Positions 23,001 to 33,046 of a stretch of 64,000 nt of DNA are shown here, one piece after another. The notes under the pieces were generated by a model. It was not told the origin of the DNA and searched no databases. It worked only from the letters and a program-made list of their open reading frames with translations. This DNA comes from an uncultured candidatus Porisulfidus sp. (GTDB taxonomy: Bacteria > Pseudomonadota > Gammaproteobacteria > Poriferisulfidales > Poriferisulfidaceae), in the NCBI GenBank assembly GCA_965204575.1, contig OZ241993.1, positions 608,001 through 672,000 on the forward strand. Direction: 5' to 3'. Made by a program: the position numbers and the translations under genes. Numbering within the stretch: the first letter of the stretch is position 1; each line of letters opens with the position of its first letter.

Positions 23001-26000
23001 CCGCGTGGTTGGATTGGGGTTCGGGGCATTCGGGCCGGAAATGATTACCCGGGAAGAACTGGTGGCGCCAGCCCCGTCGGGCGTTTCAGTGTCGGGACTT
23101 GCCACGATTCCGAGCGCGTTCGTGTCGGCGGCGCTGTCGTATGAACTGTCGGGCCTGGAAGCCGGAGACCGCGTTCTGATTCATGCGGGTGCGGGCGGCG
23201 TGGGGCTCGCGGCAATCCAGCTCGCAAACGTCGCGGGAGCGGAAGTTTTCGCCACCGCAAGCGCGCCCAAGCAGGCCTATCTCCGGTCACTGGGCGTGGA
23301 ACACGTGTTCGACAGCCGCCAGACGGCATTCGGGGAGGAGATTCTTGAGGCTACGGATGGCGCGGGAGTGGACGTGGTGCTGAACTGCCTGACGAGCGAG
23401 GGGTTCATCGACGCAAGCCTGTCCTGCCTGGCGAAGGGAGGGCGTTTCGTGGAACTGGCCCGGCGCGACATTCTGAGCAAGGACGAGATGGCGGCGGTGC
23501 GTCCGGACGTGGCCTACGACATCCTGGAACTGGACGTTCTGAAAAAAACAGACCCGGCGTGGGTCGGAAGGGTCCTGGATGGGGTCATGGAGCAGTTTTC
23601 AGCGGGGAAACTGACATCGATCGTCCACAGCAGATGGCCGCTGGCCGAAGCGGGAGCCGCATTGAGGTTCATGCGCTCGGCACGGCACCTCGGGAAAATC
23701 GTCCTGACGCCGCCAGCGCTCATGAGGGGCCGGTTGCGGCAGGACCGGACCTACCTGGTGACTGGCGGGTTGGGTGGAATCGGGTGTGCCGTGGCCGAAT
23801 GGCTCGCGGGTCAGGGAGCGGGAGCCATCGTGCTGAATGGGCGCCGGGACCCGGATGCTGCGGCCGAGGAGACGATCAGCGCACTCAGGGAACGCGGGAT
23901 GACGGTGCAGGTGGAGCTGGCGGATGTGCTGGACGTCGCCGCGGTGGACCAGATGCTGGCGCGGATCGACCAGGAACTGCCGCCCCTCGGCGGCGTGATC
24001 CACAGCGTGGGGGTGCTGTCGGACGCCGCGTTGACCAACCAGGACTGGGAGAGTTTCGAGAAGGTGCTGTGGCCGAAGATTCTGGGAGCCTGGCACCTGC
24101 ACCACGCGACAATGAATCGCGACCTGGATCTTTTCGTCCTCTTCTCGAGCCGGGTCGGCGTGATGGGCAATCCCGGCCAGGCGAATCACGCCGCGGCCAA
24201 TGCCTTTCTGGACCAGCTCGCTGGCCATCGCCGTGCGTTAGGCCTCCCGGGACAGGCCATCGCTTGGGGGGCCTGGTCGGAAATCGGCGAAGCGGCAGAG
24301 CAACGGGAACGGATCGAGCGGCGGCGCGCGGCGCTGGGTGGCCGCTGGTTTACTCCGCAGCAGGGAATCAAGGCACTTGAGAACCTGGTGCGCCAGGACA
24401 CCACGACTTCCGTGGTGATGGCGATGGACTGGGCCGTGTTCGAGGAAGCCACCGGAACCCGCCCTCCCCTGCTGGAGGATCTGCTGTCCGTCGCGTCGGA
24501 CCTCGAAACCGAGGCCTCGGCTCCGTCGGGGGACCTGCTTTCCCAGCTGCGTGGGGCGCCTGCGGCAGCACACGAGGAACTCCTCGTCTCTTTCTTGCAG
24601 CAAGAGGTGCAAGCGGTGCTGAGGCTGCCGACGGCGCCGGCGCCCACGGTAGGATTTTTCGATCTGGGGATGGACTCGCTGATGGCAGTGGAGTTGCGGA
24701 ACCGCCTGAACCGCGCATTTTCCGAAGAGTACACGGCATCCAACACGGTCGTGTTCGACTATCCCGACATTACTACGCTCGCAGGTCATTTGGCCGAGGA
24801 GGTTGGCGATGTCGGCAGCGCGCCGGCTCCTCAGGCTCAACCCGAGCCCGAGCCCGAGCGCCAGCCGGTCGAACAGCGCGAGGATGACGACATCGCGATC
24901 GTGGGCATGGCGTGCCGCTTTCCGGGCGCCCCGGATCTCCCGTCATTCTGGCGCGTGCTTGAGGCCGGTGAGGACATGGTGACCGACGGGCGCCAGGATT
25001 CCGACTTCTGGGGCGATCTTGGGGAAGATTTTCGCGCCAAATACGCCGCTTACCGCCGGGGCGGGTTTGTGGAAGGGCTCGACAAATTCGATGCGCGCTT
25101 CTTCGGCATCCGGCCGATCGAGGCGCGGACTATGGATCCTCGGCAAAGGCTGTTGCTGGAAACGAGTTGGCAGGCGCTTGAGGATGCCGGAATGGACCCC
25201 GACCTGCTGAAAGGCAGCCAGACCGGGGTGTACGTGGGGTTGGGCGGCAGCGAGTATCGGGACCTGGTCGCCACCCTCGGCGAGGAGGACAACTACATCG
25301 GCACTGCCGGAAGCGTAGCGGCCGGGCGGGTTTCCTATGCCCTGGGTTTCATGGGGCCGGCAATCCCGCTGGACATGACCTGTGCCTCGTCGCTGGTTGC
25401 GGTGCATCAGGCGTCCGCAAGCCTGCAGCGGGGCGAGGTGGATCTGGCTCTGGCCGGAGGCGCCAACGTGGTCCTGTCCCCTTCAGTCACAAAGTTCATG
25501 GCAGACTTCGGGATGCTGTCGGCAAGCGGGCGGTGCGGTGTTTTCGATGCCGCGGCAGACGGTTTCGTGCGAGGCGAAGGCTGCGGGATCGTGGTTCTCA
25601 AGCGGTTGAGCAAAGCGGAAGCGGACGGTGACCGAATCTGGGGCGCGATCCGGGGTTCGGCGGTCAACCAGAACGGGGCGAGCGCCGGCATATCGGCACC
25701 AAGCGGAACCGCGCAGGAGCAAGTGCTCGGAGAGGCGCTGGCCCAGGCCGGGATTCCGCCGTCAGAGGTGGATTACCTGGAGGCCCATGGAACAGGCTCG
25801 GAATTGGGCGACCCGATCGAGGTGCGCGCGGCGGCGGCAGTGTACGGCAAAGGGCGCGAAGCGGATCGCCCGCTGCTGATCGGTTCGGTCAAGCCGAACA
25901 TCGGGCACCTGGAGTGGGCGGCAGGAGTTTCGGCGTTGATTAAAGTCGTGCTGGCGATGCAGCGGGGGAAGATCCCGAGGGAACTGCACCTCAAGAATCC

Positions 26001-27420
26001 GAGCCCGCAGGTGGACTGGGACCAGTTGCCCGTGCGGGTAACGTCGGAAACGATCGACTGGCCGCTCGATCCCGGCCGGCCGCCGCGGGCGGGTGTGAGC
26101 GCTTTCGGATTGTCGGGGACGAATGCCCATGTCATTGTGGAAGGCTATGGCACGTCGCAAAGCGGGCCATCCAAGTCCGACGGGATGTCCGCCCCCAAGG
26201 GGGCCGAACAGACTGTCGACATCTCGCTGCCGGAATCCGTCGCAGATTCGCTGCCGGCGGCAGGGGAATTCGACCCGCGTGCAGCAAGAATCCTTCCCCT
26301 CTCCGGGAAATCGCACGCAGCACTTGGAGAGTTGGCAGGGGAATACCGGTCATGGCTTGATGATCACGCAGAGGAGCTTTCCGAGGAAGGCGAAACTCCA
26401 GACCGATTGCTTGCCGATATGGCATGGACGGCCGGGATGGGGCGAAGTCATTTCACTCACCGCGCAGGCGTGGTGTTCAGTGATGCCGGATCCCTAAGGG
26501 ACGGGCTGGAGGCGCTGGTAGAAGCGGACGAGAGATCGGAACCGCGAGTGGCAGCGAAGGCCGCGTTCGTGTACACCGGGCAAGACAGCCAGTGGGTCGG
26601 GATGGGAGAAGCGCTGTATCGGAGTGAGCCGGTAATGCGGGCAGTGCTGGATCAATGCGACGCCTGGCTTCAGGAAGAACGGGAAGTTTCATTGCTGGAT
26701 GTGATGTTTGGTCGAGCCGATTCGAAAGAAAGCCTGGACGATCCGGCATGGGCGCAACCGGCGATCTATGCGCTGGAATGCGCGCTTACGGCATGGTGGC
26801 GGAGCATGGGGGTTCGCCCGAGCGCGGTGATCGGCCATGATCTCGGGGAAGTCGCGGCAGCGCAGGCAGCGGGAGTATTGGGCCTGAAGGATGGCTTGCG
26901 GTTTGCGGCAGCGCGTGGCGCATTGGCTGGGGCTTCGGATGAATTGGAAACGGCTTTCTCGGATATCGCGATCGCGCCGCCATCGGTCACCCTGGTCAGC
27001 AGCGCAATGGGTCGGACGGTCGGGCCCGACGAAATACTCGACGCAACGTACTGGTGCGAGCAGGCGAGCAAGCCGGCGGAACTCCAGAAATGCGCCGGGG
27101 CGCTGTCGGATTTTGGAATCTTTGGACTGCTGGAAATCGGCCCGCGCGAGGCATTTGGCCCCATGCTCGCCTCTGCCTGGCCAGAGTCGGCGGGAGATGC
27201 CGGGGAGCCCGCGCTGATCCCAAGCTTGTCCGAACCGTCCGGTGACGAGCCGGTGGAGGATGTTTGCCGGAAATTCCTGGGGGCCGTGGCGAAGGTGTAC
27301 GAGGCGGGGTTGCCGATTTCCTTCCAGGGGCTGTTCGCGGGAGAGGCACGGCGCCGAATCTCACTGCCGGGCTATCCGTTCCAGCGCCGTCAACACTGGT
27401 TCAAGGCACTGGAGCAATAG
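17092..27420 (+). CDS. supA: SupA-type type I polyketide/fatty-acid synthase KS-AT-DH-MT-ER-KR-ACP-KS-AT
   Basis: KS1 DAACASS/HGTGT/GHLE; AT1 GHSVG and RAFHS; [12 protein letters not shown]; [11 protein letters not shown]; [10 protein letters not shown]; KR GGLGGIG; ACP GMDSL; KS2 DMTCASS/HGTGS/GHLE; degenerate AT2 GHDLG. Domain order matches the sponge-symbiont ubiquitous PKS. Confidence 0.88.
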   Translation: MAKPDKSSTPPDPQESKRVAGDPPIAVIGMACRFPGAPDIPAFWRLLESGGNSISEGISGAGAERMGELFPGGVVPNEACRFGSFVADIDQFDASFFRISPAEAQLMDPQQRMMLETSWQALEDAGIDPDRLKGGQTGVYTGISNDEYRMLVLDTTKPTEAAGCLYALSGTNLNGASGRVSFVLGLMGPAKAVDAACASSLVSVHDAVVDLQQGKADLAIAGGVQALLNGRVYELRADAMMLSPDGQCKTFDASANGYVRGEGCGVVILKRLSEAEADGDRIWGVIRSSAVNHGGASVGLTVPNTPALEQVIETALSRAGIPPSEVDYLEAHGTGTTVGDPIEINAVASVYGKDREADHPLLVGSVKTNVGHLESAAGVAGLIKAVLAVERGIIPKHLHFQDPHPGIDWDHLPLQITSSTTDWPRHRGRPRLAGVNSFGISGTNAHIVVEEYDGPSPALGEGYRAAGSAKAVEISTPGTVADLPLPEQEGSGRKSRLLPLSGKSEGALRKLAKRYLSWLGDRTEESPENVAVEPLLSDMAWTAGVGRSHFDHRAGIVFRDAESLRERLKDLAEADDGVKPGMAAKVAFAYTGQGSQWAGMGQAIYEHEPIARAVLDRCEAAFRGERGTSLLDVMFGRAEGEGELEDTAWEQPALYALECALTALWTSLGIRPSVVVGHSVGELAAAQAAGVFSLEDGMRFAATRGALLSGTEPGAMAAVFAPAEQVASEVEAFNASSSNARLSVSGYNGTHQVISGPIEEIEAISKHLESEGTRVKRLNTARAFHSALVEPALAALEASLEGIAIKPPSLTVVSNLTGQAVGPDELLDGAYWRRHAREPVAFARGAETLAELGVGLVLEIGPRSVLAPMAAAAWPESAQAPAVLSSLRPPSGNGKASGSGSDFAEAVAEAYQAGLQIYFPGLFTGETRRRISLPGYPFQRERHWVEASKRRHLAEGHPLLGVRHESANGEITFETEIFPSDPTWLSDHRVFGRLIAPGALYGAMAASASLAEGGRSMVVEDLQLHNPLIFSNEETGEGEEENGRKVQVVLDAPGQAPSQRVRIFSKGSEEDWVQHIEGRVSPGTSMPEDSARIDVEKLKSDLSPADVPAYYRAKAATGIDLGPFFRTLGKVWSGPGEALGEVSLPESLGRNELDVHPLVLDGCFQVVGVARNMTGAQGEATYLPFGWERLWLAKRLPDRVLCHVRINEAPGQSEGKTGQAPEVLSGELRIYDPDGVLLGGLSGYTVKRATRAALLSAVEGVKDLLYEVVWRDCALAQGITPADFFPDPSSVAARTGLFSEYVAAEGVKPEDRSSLLMDLERWSRSYALTNLEKLGWQREVGMTVDPDELRQRLGVIEDHKRLFRRLFEMLAKSGVLEETEEGFTVVVGPEDPLPDELPDNPEEFHARMAERYPHGSTEIGLFRRSGGALVEVLRGQEDPLTLLFSSGEPTAADLYLKAPVARAANRLLADAVRTLVSALPEGRRLRVIEVGAGTGSATASVLPELPQGRFDYTYTDISAGFFSEAEARFGDAGGCIEYRPLDIEKDPIDQGFNSHGYDLLIASNVLHATRHLDETLGHCRDILAPSGQLIALENLHGQGWMDLTFGQLDGWWRFADDYRPHHALASPAVWRQALGNSGFGEVEVLGVDESDAAKMPDKGVIVARGPAEVAEPPGVWVLAASRGDRAADLAGLLAARNQTVVLAGSESPEDGQLATGGPGVFRAAVEMDQRESWQSLLESLPQEAPFNGVVHLAALDGRGTEAAVEEMAEDVKQIGASALALVQGLTDAGITPEKGVWFVTRGAQVLERERGGALAGATLWGFGKVVAQEAAHLQPRMVDLDPAETVFSTDFLNELLYPDPENHIAYRLGDRLVARLVRFGTEAERLVLPEESDWVLSPDPGGVFEKPEIKLLPERTLEPQEVRVTVEATGLNFWDVFRSLGFIEEGNLGRELCGHILDVGSDVSTVSVGDRVVGLGFGAFGPEMITREELVAPAPSGVSVSGLATIPSAFVSAALSYELSGLEAGDRVLIHAGAGGVGLAAIQLANVAGAEVFATASAPKQAYLRSLGVEHVFDSRQTAFGEEILEATDGAGVDVVLNCLTSEGFIDASLSCLAKGGRFVELARRDILSKDEMAAVRPDVAYDILELDVLKKTDPAWVGRVLDGVMEQFSAGKLTSIVHSRWPLAEAGAALRFMRSARHLGKIVLTPPALMRGRLRQDRTYLVTGGLGGIGCAVAEWLAGQGAGAIVLNGRRDPDAAAEETISALRERGMTVQVELADVLDVAAVDQMLARIDQELPPLGGVIHSVGVLSDAALTNQDWESFEKVLWPKILGAWHLHHATMNRDLDLFVLFSSRVGVMGNPGQANHAAANAFLDQLAGHRRALGLPGQAIAWGAWSEIGEAAEQRERIERRRAALGGRWFTPQQGIKALENLVRQDTTTSVVMAMDWAVFEEATGTRPPLLEDLLSVASDLETEASAPSGDLLSQLRGAPAAAHEELLVSFLQQEVQAVLRLPTAPAPTVGFFDLGMDSLMAVELRNRLNRAFSEEYTASNTVVFDYPDITTLAGHLAEEVGDVGSAPAPQAQPEPEPERQPVEQREDDDIAIVGMACRFPGAPDLPSFWRVLEAGEDMVTDGRQDSDFWGDLGEDFRAKYAAYRRGGFVEGLDKFDARFFGIRPIEARTMDPRQRLLLETSWQALEDAGMDPDLLKGSQTGVYVGLGGSEYRDLVATLGEEDNYIGTAGSVAAGRVSYALGFMGPAIPLDMTCASSLVAVHQASASLQRGEVDLALAGGANVVLSPSVTKFMADFGMLSASGRCGVFDAAADGFVRGEGCGIVVLKRLSKAEADGDRIWGAIRGSAVNQNGASAGISAPSGTAQEQVLGEALAQAGIPPSEVDYLEAHGTGSELGDPIEVRAAAAVYGKGREADRPLLIGSVKPNIGHLEWAAGVSALIKVVLAMQRGKIPRELHLKNPSPQVDWDQLPVRVTSETIDWPLDPGRPPRAGVSAFGLSGTNAHVIVEGYGTSQSGPSKSDGMSAPKGAEQTVDISLPESVADSLPAAGEFDPRAARILPLSGKSHAALGELAGEYRSWLDDHAEELSEEGETPDRLLADMAWTAGMGRSHFTHRAGVVFSDAGSLRDGLEALVEADERSEPRVAAKAAFVYTGQDSQWVGMGEALYRSEPVMRAVLDQCDAWLQEEREVSLLDVMFGRADSKESLDDPAWAQPAIYALECALTAWWRSMGVRPSAVIGHDLGEVAAAQAAGVLGLKDGLRFAAARGALAGASDELETAFSDIAIAPPSVTLVSSAMGRTVGPDEILDATYWCEQASKPAELQKCAGALSDFGIFGLLEIGPREAFGPMLASAWPESAGDAGEPALIPSLSEPSGDEPVEDVCRKFLGAVAKVYEAGLPISFQGLFAGEARRRISLPGYPFQRRQHWFKALEQ

Positions 27421-27450
27421 GTGGCCCTTGTGTTGTCCCGCAGGGGCGTT

Positions 27451-27478
27451 TTGCCGCGAAAAGTCCATTTGCTAAAAT
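27451..27478 (+). promoter_or_regulatory. Putative sigma70 promoter of panD (extended -10)
   Basis: TTGCCG-N16-TAAAAT with TGn directly before the -10; ATG lies 7 nt downstream. Confidence 0.5.
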
Positions 27479-27485
27479 TCGAATC

Positions 27486-27866
27486 ATGAAACTGACTTTC
27501 CTCCGCGCCCGCCTGCATCAGGCAACAGTGACTCATGTCGAGCCGGACTACGATGGTTCGTGCGCGATTGATGGCGAGCTGCTGGAAGCCGCCGGTATCA
27601 GCGAGTACGAGCAGATCGACCTGTACAATATTAGCAACGGGGAACGGTTGACGACCTACGCCATCCAGGCTGGCCACGGCAGCCGGATCATTTCGGTGAA
27701 TGGCGCGGCGGCGCACAAGGCGTCACCGGGGGATCAGGTCATCATTGTTGCCTACGCGCAACTGGAGCCGGAGGAAGTGGCGGACTTCAAGCCCGTCCTC
27801 GTTTACTTGGGCGCGGGCAACCGCGTCGAGCGCATCACCCACAAGATTCCGGTCCAGGCGGCCTAG
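27486..27866 (+). CDS. panD: Aspartate 1-decarboxylase
   Basis: [13 protein letters not shown] autocleavage site, [16 protein letters not shown]. Confidence 0.95.
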   Translation: MKLTFLRARLHQATVTHVEPDYDGSCAIDGELLEAAGISEYEQIDLYNISNGERLTTYAIQAGHGSRIISVNGAAAHKASPGDQVIIVAYAQLEPEEVADFKPVLVYLGAGNRVERITHKIPVQAA

Positions 27867-30662
27867 TCAGCCGGTATTCCGCATTCCCGCCGCGATCGCG
27901 CTGATCGATCGCGCGACGACATTTTGATAGGGATCCGGGTCGGAGGCCTCGCGCATGCGGCGCAACAGGCTGAGCTGGATCGCGTTGAGAGGGTCTAGGT
28001 AAGGCTTGCGGCGGCTCAATGACCGGCGCAGCACCTCCTGCGTTTCCAGGAGTTCCTTGCAGCTTGTTACCCGCAGTACGAGTTTTCGGGTGAGTTGGTA
28101 TTCCTGTTCGATCCGATTGTAGATCTGATCGGCGTCGACCGGGTGCTGGCTCAGTTGCATGTACTGCCGGGCGGTCGGCATGTCGGCCTTAGCAAGGGCC
28201 ATCTGGATGTTTTGCATCAGGGTCTGGAAGAACGGCCAGCGCTTGTACGCGAGGCGGACCTGTGCCAACCCGGTTTTCGGGTGCGCCTTCAGGTAGGATT
28301 CGAGCGCGGTGCCGATGCCGTACCAGGCGGGCAGGGTATGCCGGGAGAGCGACCAGCCGAAGACCCAGGGGATGGCGCGGATGGAATCCATCGAGCGGTC
28401 CACCGCGCGGCGATGCGAAGGCCGGGAACCGATGTTGATGTTGCCGATCTCCTGCACCGGGGTGACCTCGTAGAAATAGTCCAGAAACCCCCGGGTTCCG
28501 ATGAGTTCCCGGTAGGCCTGCTCTCCGTCCTCGGCGAGTTTCTCCATGACCCTGAGATCGTCGGCGTATTCGTGAGCCAGTTTTCGGAACTGCAGGTGGC
28601 GGGAGGCCAGGATCAGGCCGGTCGCACCCATGGTCAGTTCATACACCGCAGTCTCCAGGTTCGAGTACTTGTATGACAGCACCTCGCCCTGCTCGGTCAG
28701 TTTGATGGTGCCGCGTACCGTGCCGGGCGGCTGCGCCGTGATGGCCTCGTAGGTTGGTCCCCCGCCCCGCCCGACGGTCCCGCCGCGGCCGTGGAAAAGC
28801 CGGAACTGCACGCCGTGGCGCTCGGAGACCTCGTGAATCTGCTTTTGCGCCTGGTACAGGTTCCAGACCGAAGCCAGGATGCCGCCGTCCTTGCAGGAGT
28901 CGGAGTAGCCCAGCATGATGTCCTGCACGCCGCCGGAGGCATTCAGCAGCGGGCGATAGACGGGATCCCGGAACAGCCGGTTCAGGATGCCCGACACCCT
29001 GCGCAGGTCTTCGATCGTTTCAAACAGCGGGCAAACCTGGAGATGGCAGAAATGGTGCTGCCCGTGGCCTCCGGCCAGGCCGGCGATGCCGCCCAGGAAC
29101 AGCACTTCCAGGACATGGCTGGCCTCGTGGGTCATGGAAATGACGTATTGACCGAAGATCTTCGGGCTGATCTGTTCCGGCACTTCCCGCATGAGGTCGA
29201 ACACGGCCAAGGTCTCGCGAGTGGCGGGGGACAGCTTCCTGCGATCCAGGGAGACCGGCCCGTCCATCTTCTTGAGATGCTTTTGCAGGGCCTGGATTCG
29301 CCCGGCCTCGGTCAGGTTGGCGTAGTCGGTCTTGTCCATGGCCTGCAGGATTTCGCTGACCGCCTCCGTGTGACGGGGGGATTCCTGGCGGAGGTCGAGC
29401 CGAGCCAGGTAGAAGCCAAACGTTTCCACCAGCCGGATCAGGTCGGCCAACTCACCGTCGGCGATGCGGCCATCGCCCTGTTCGACCAGCGAGTCGTAAA
29501 TCAGCCGCAGGTCGTCGAGGAACTGGGCCTCGTCCTGGTAGCTGTCCGAACTGTGCCAGGCTCGTCCCCGCAGGTGATCGAGCCGATGCTGCAGCCGGTG
29601 CAGGATAACTTCCAACTTGCAACGGTACGGCTCTGTCTCGAATAGCGAACTGGTCCGGCTCCGCACCCGGTCCAGCACCTTGCGGTCGGTTTCCAGGCTG
29701 GTGCGCATGCGTTCGGGCAGATCGATCAGGTGGGAAGAATGGCTGAGGATGCTTTCCAGGTTGCGGATGCGGCGGATGTACTCGCCGAGGATGGTTCGCG
29801 CCTGCATCCGGCAGGCTTCGCGGGTAACGCGTGCGGTGACGTGGGGGTTGCCGTCGCGGTCGCCACCGATCCAGGAGCCGAACTGGATGAAACTCGGAAG
29901 CGTGCGGGGTGAGTCCGGATAGGTTCGCCGCCAGGCGCGCTGCAGGTTGCGGTACAGGCTCGGGATGGCCTCGAACAGGGATTTCTCGAAATAATGCAGG
30001 CCGTTCTTGACCTCGGTCTGCACGGTCGGCTTGCCTGGGCGGACTTCATCGGTCTTCCACAGCAACTGGATTTCCGCCTGCAGGCGGTCACTGGCCTCGT
30101 CGCGTTCCACTTGGCTCAAGGTCCGGTCGTCCGAGGATTGCAGCAGGATGAAGATGCGCCGAAGCGCTTCCTGCATGATGCGGCGCTTCGCCTCGGTCGG
30201 ATGGGCGGTGAAGACCGGCATGTACTCGACCGAAAGCAGCAACTTTTCGGCCTTGGCCGCGCTGAAGCCCTGTTCCTTGAGTGTGCGCAGGGTCGCGTCG
30301 AACGAGCCCGGCCATAACGACGTGCCGGCCTGCAGGTACCGGCGGCGCCGGTCCTGGAGGGCCGCCTCTTCGGCGACGTTGACTAGGCTGAAATAGGTGG
30401 AGAATGCCCGGATGACCTGGACGGTGAGGTCTTGGTTCAGCCGGTCGATCAGGCCGATCAGGCGCGCGCGCCGGTTGACGTCCTCTTCGTGCTGCAGGCG
30501 GATATAGCCCCGGCGCAGCCGCTCCACGACCTGGAACACTTGGGGCGGGGCGTGCTCCTGGAGCACGAGACCGAGTAGGCGACCCAGCAGTTTGACCCGC
30601 TGTCGTAACTTGCGGTCAATGGCATCGCCTATCGACGGCGTGTGTGTGGCCGCGCTAGGCAT
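27867..30662 (-). CDS. ppc: Phosphoenolpyruvate carboxylase
   Basis: VFTAHPTE, WIGGDRDGNP, MLGYSDSCKDGG, FHGRGGTVGRGGGP, RAIPWVF, C-terminal RNTG. Confidence 0.97.
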   Translation of the reverse strand: MPSAATHTPSIGDAIDRKLRQRVKLLGRLLGLVLQEHAPPQVFQVVERLRRGYIRLQHEEDVNRRARLIGLIDRLNQDLTVQVIRAFSTYFSLVNVAEEAALQDRRRRYLQAGTSLWPGSFDATLRTLKEQGFSAAKAEKLLLSVEYMPVFTAHPTEAKRRIMQEALRRIFILLQSSDDRTLSQVERDEASDRLQAEIQLLWKTDEVRPGKPTVQTEVKNGLHYFEKSLFEAIPSLYRNLQRAWRRTYPDSPRTLPSFIQFGSWIGGDRDGNPHVTARVTREACRMQARTILGEYIRRIRNLESILSHSSHLIDLPERMRTSLETDRKVLDRVRSRTSSLFETEPYRCKLEVILHRLQHRLDHLRGRAWHSSDSYQDEAQFLDDLRLIYDSLVEQGDGRIADGELADLIRLVETFGFYLARLDLRQESPRHTEAVSEILQAMDKTDYANLTEAGRIQALQKHLKKMDGPVSLDRRKLSPATRETLAVFDLMREVPEQISPKIFGQYVISMTHEASHVLEVLFLGGIAGLAGGHGQHHFCHLQVCPLFETIEDLRRVSGILNRLFRDPVYRPLLNASGGVQDIMLGYSDSCKDGGILASVWNLYQAQKQIHEVSERHGVQFRLFHGRGGTVGRGGGPTYEAITAQPPGTVRGTIKLTEQGEVLSYKYSNLETAVYELTMGATGLILASRHLQFRKLAHEYADDLRVMEKLAEDGEQAYRELIGTRGFLDYFYEVTPVQEIGNINIGSRPSHRRAVDRSMDSIRAIPWVFGWSLSRHTLPAWYGIGTALESYLKAHPKTGLAQVRLAYKRWPFFQTLMQNIQMALAKADMPTARQYMQLSQHPVDADQIYNRIEQEYQLTRKLVLRVTSCKELLETQEVLRRSLSRRKPYLDPLNAIQLSLLRRMREASDPDPYQNVVARSISAIAAGMRNTG

Positions 30663-30729
30663 AGGGGGAAAACGGACGATGTTCGGGTGCCCATTATACT
30701 AGGCGCACCCCAAACAAAGACTTTTTGGC

Positions 30730-32274
30730 ATGCCTGCGCCATACCCGGAGTCCCTGTCCCGTCATGCGGAACGCTTGCGGAAAATCCCGCTGCGAACCTT
30801 GTTTGCGGAAGGCCGGGATCGCTCTTTCCTGTGTCGCGACATCGAAGGCATTCATGTCGATGCCTCGCGCCAGCGGCTGGACGCCGAGGCTTGGACGGAT
30901 CTGCTGCGCGTGGCGGAGCAGGTGGAGCCGGCCCGTTCCGACCTGTTTGCCGGCGCGCCGGTGAATGCGACGGAGAATCGTCCGGTGTTGCACTCGGCCC
31001 TGCGCGATCCGCGCCCGGACGGCCTGGTCGTGGAGGGAGTCGATATCTTGGCAGAGGCGCATCGGCAGCGTCAGCAGATGCGCGAATTCGCTAAGACCTG
31101 CGCCGCACGCTGGCGGACGGTCGTCAATCTCGGAATCGGCGGTTCGGACCTGGGCCCGCGGATGCTTTGCGAGACGTTTCCCCGGGCATCTGGCGCGCCG
31201 GATGTCCGCTTCGCATCCACGCTGGATCCCGAGGAGCTGAGCACTGTGCTGCACGGTTGCGACGCGAACCAAACTTTCTTCATCATCGCTTCCAAGACGT
31301 TCACCACCGAAGAAACCCAGCGGAACTTTTCTGCGGCCCGGCAGTGGCTCGCGGAACAGGGCGTGGGGGCCGGGGAAGCGATGGAACATTTTGCGGCGAC
31401 CACGGCCGCGGTGGACCGCGCACAAGAGTGCGGCATCGACGCGCAGCGGATCTTCCCGTTCTGGGAAGGGGTCGGCGGCCGCTACTCGGTCTGGTCGAGC
31501 GTGGGCCTGCCGGTCGTGTTGCATGCGGGCTGGGATGCATTCGAACAATTACTCGCGGGCGCCCACGCGGTGGACGAGCATTTCAGGGAGGCGGAGGCGG
31601 AATCCAACGCCCCCTTGCTGCTGGCATTGCTGATGCTCTGGAACCACACGTTCCTGGGCGCGGCGACGCGGGCGGTTCTCCCGTACAACTATCGCCTGCG
31701 TGCCCTGCCGAGATTCCTGCAGCAACTGCAGATGGAAAGCCTGGGCAAGCGTGCGGGTGCGGACGGCGAATTGCAGGATGTCGCAGCCCCGATCGTATGG
31801 GGCGGTTCCGCCAATGACGGCGCCCATGCGTTCTTCCAACTGCTGCACCAGGGTTCGCAGGCCGTGCCGGTGGACGCGATCATTGCTCGGGGGAATTCGG
31901 GGGATGAGCGAGAGCGCGCGCTGCTGGCGCAGTGCCTGTCCCAACTGGACCTTTTGGCCTCGGGGCGGACCCTTGAGGAAGTGGAACCGGCCGCCGGGGT
32001 GGCGGCGGGCCACTACGTGCATCCGGGTGATCGCCCGAGCACCTTGTTCCTGATGGAGGATCTAAGTCCGCGGCGGGTCGGGGCCCTGTTGGCGCTGTTC
32101 GAGCACGTGACGTTTTCAGTCGCCGTGTTCTGGGGGATCAATGCCTTTGACCAATTCGGGGTGGAATACGGCAAGCGCCTGTCGCATTCCTTGGCGGAGG
32201 CATTGCAGGATTCGTCGGCGCCGGCTCCCGGGCACACCCTGGACGTTCTCATCAACCGATTGCGGCGCCGGTGA
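30730..32274 (+). CDS. pgi: Glucose-6-phosphate isomerase
   Basis: TENRPVLH, GIGGSDLGP, SKTFTT, GGRYSVWS, QQLQMESLGK, FDQFGVEYGK. Confidence 0.95.
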   Translation: MPAPYPESLSRHAERLRKIPLRTLFAEGRDRSFLCRDIEGIHVDASRQRLDAEAWTDLLRVAEQVEPARSDLFAGAPVNATENRPVLHSALRDPRPDGLVVEGVDILAEAHRQRQQMREFAKTCAARWRTVVNLGIGGSDLGPRMLCETFPRASGAPDVRFASTLDPEELSTVLHGCDANQTFFIIASKTFTTEETQRNFSAARQWLAEQGVGAGEAMEHFAATTAAVDRAQECGIDAQRIFPFWEGVGGRYSVWSSVGLPVVLHAGWDAFEQLLAGAHAVDEHFREAEAESNAPLLLALLMLWNHTFLGAATRAVLPYNYRLRALPRFLQQLQMESLGKRAGADGELQDVAAPIVWGGSANDGAHAFFQLLHQGSQAVPVDAIIARGNSGDERERALLAQCLSQLDLLASGRTLEEVEPAAGVAAGHYVHPGDRPSTLFLMEDLSPRRVGALLALFEHVTFSVAVFWGINAFDQFGVEYGKRLSHSLAEALQDSSAPAPGHTLDVLINRLRRR

Positions 32275-33044
32275 TGCGCTATCTGCTGTTCAGCGACGTC
32301 GATGGGACGATGCTCGACGTCGAGACGTACCGCTGGGAGGAGGCGCTGCCCGGAATCGAGTGCGCCCGCAGGCATGGTGTGCCGATTATCTTCAACACCA
32401 GCAAGACCGAACAGGAAACCTTCCAGTTGGGGGAGGATCTCGGGATTCATGCGCCGTTTTCCATCGAGAACGGGGGCGCGGTATACGTGCCGCCCGGAAC
32501 CTTCGACGATGGCGAGAAGGAGGGGCTGATCCCATTCGGTGCCCCCTATCCGGTGATTCGGGCAGCGCTCGACGAACTGGCTTCTTCGTTTCGTTTCCAA
32601 GGGATATCCGATATGAGCGAGGAGGAGGTCGAGGCCGCTTGCGGTCTGCCGACGGGCGCGATGGCGGCGGCCCGCGAACGACGCTTCACCGAACCGCTGG
32701 TCTGGCGCGATGAGCCAGAGCGGCTGGATGATTTCACCGAACAGTTGCGGTCCCACGAACTGATCCTCAAGCGAGGAGACCGTTTCGTGCACGTCATGGG
32801 GGCGACCGATAAGCGGGTCGCGCTGGAGCACCTGGTGCCGCGTTATCGGCGGCAGTATCCGGAGGTTGTGAGCGTGGCGCTCGGCAACGGTCCGAATGAC
32901 TTGGGCATGATGGATGCGGCGGACATCGCGGTGGTGATCAACAATCCGGGCGGACGCAACATACAATATCCCGGTGCGCGCGTCCCGGAGGGGACCGGAC
33001 CGGCGGCCTGGTCGCGCGCGGTTCAGGCATTGCTAGAGGGTTAG
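32271..33044 (+). CDS. HAD-IIB mannosyl/glucosyl-3-phosphoglycerate phosphatase
   Basis: DVDGT, TSKT, IENGG, RRFTEPL, DK, ALGNGPNDLGM; adjacent to the synthase. Confidence 0.85.
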   Translation: MMRYLLFSDVDGTMLDVETYRWEEALPGIECARRHGVPIIFNTSKTEQETFQLGEDLGIHAPFSIENGGAVYVPPGTFDDGEKEGLIPFGAPYPVIRAALDELASSFRFQGISDMSEEEVEAACGLPTGAMAAARERRFTEPLVWRDEPERLDDFTEQLRSHELILKRGDRFVHVMGATDKRVALEHLVPRYRRQYPEVVSVALGNGPNDLGMMDAADIAVVINNPGGRNIQYPGARVPEGTGPAAWSRAVQALLEG

Positions 33045-33046
33045 CC

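Noticed and set aside
24841-24858. CCCGAG x3 tandem repeat in supA
   Set aside because: Encodes a PEPEPE interdomain linker; in frame and unremarkable
15480-27485. Target-site duplication or terminal repeats flanking the sup cluster
   Set aside because: Only a weak GGCC..CTTGT resemblance at the two ends; not convincing
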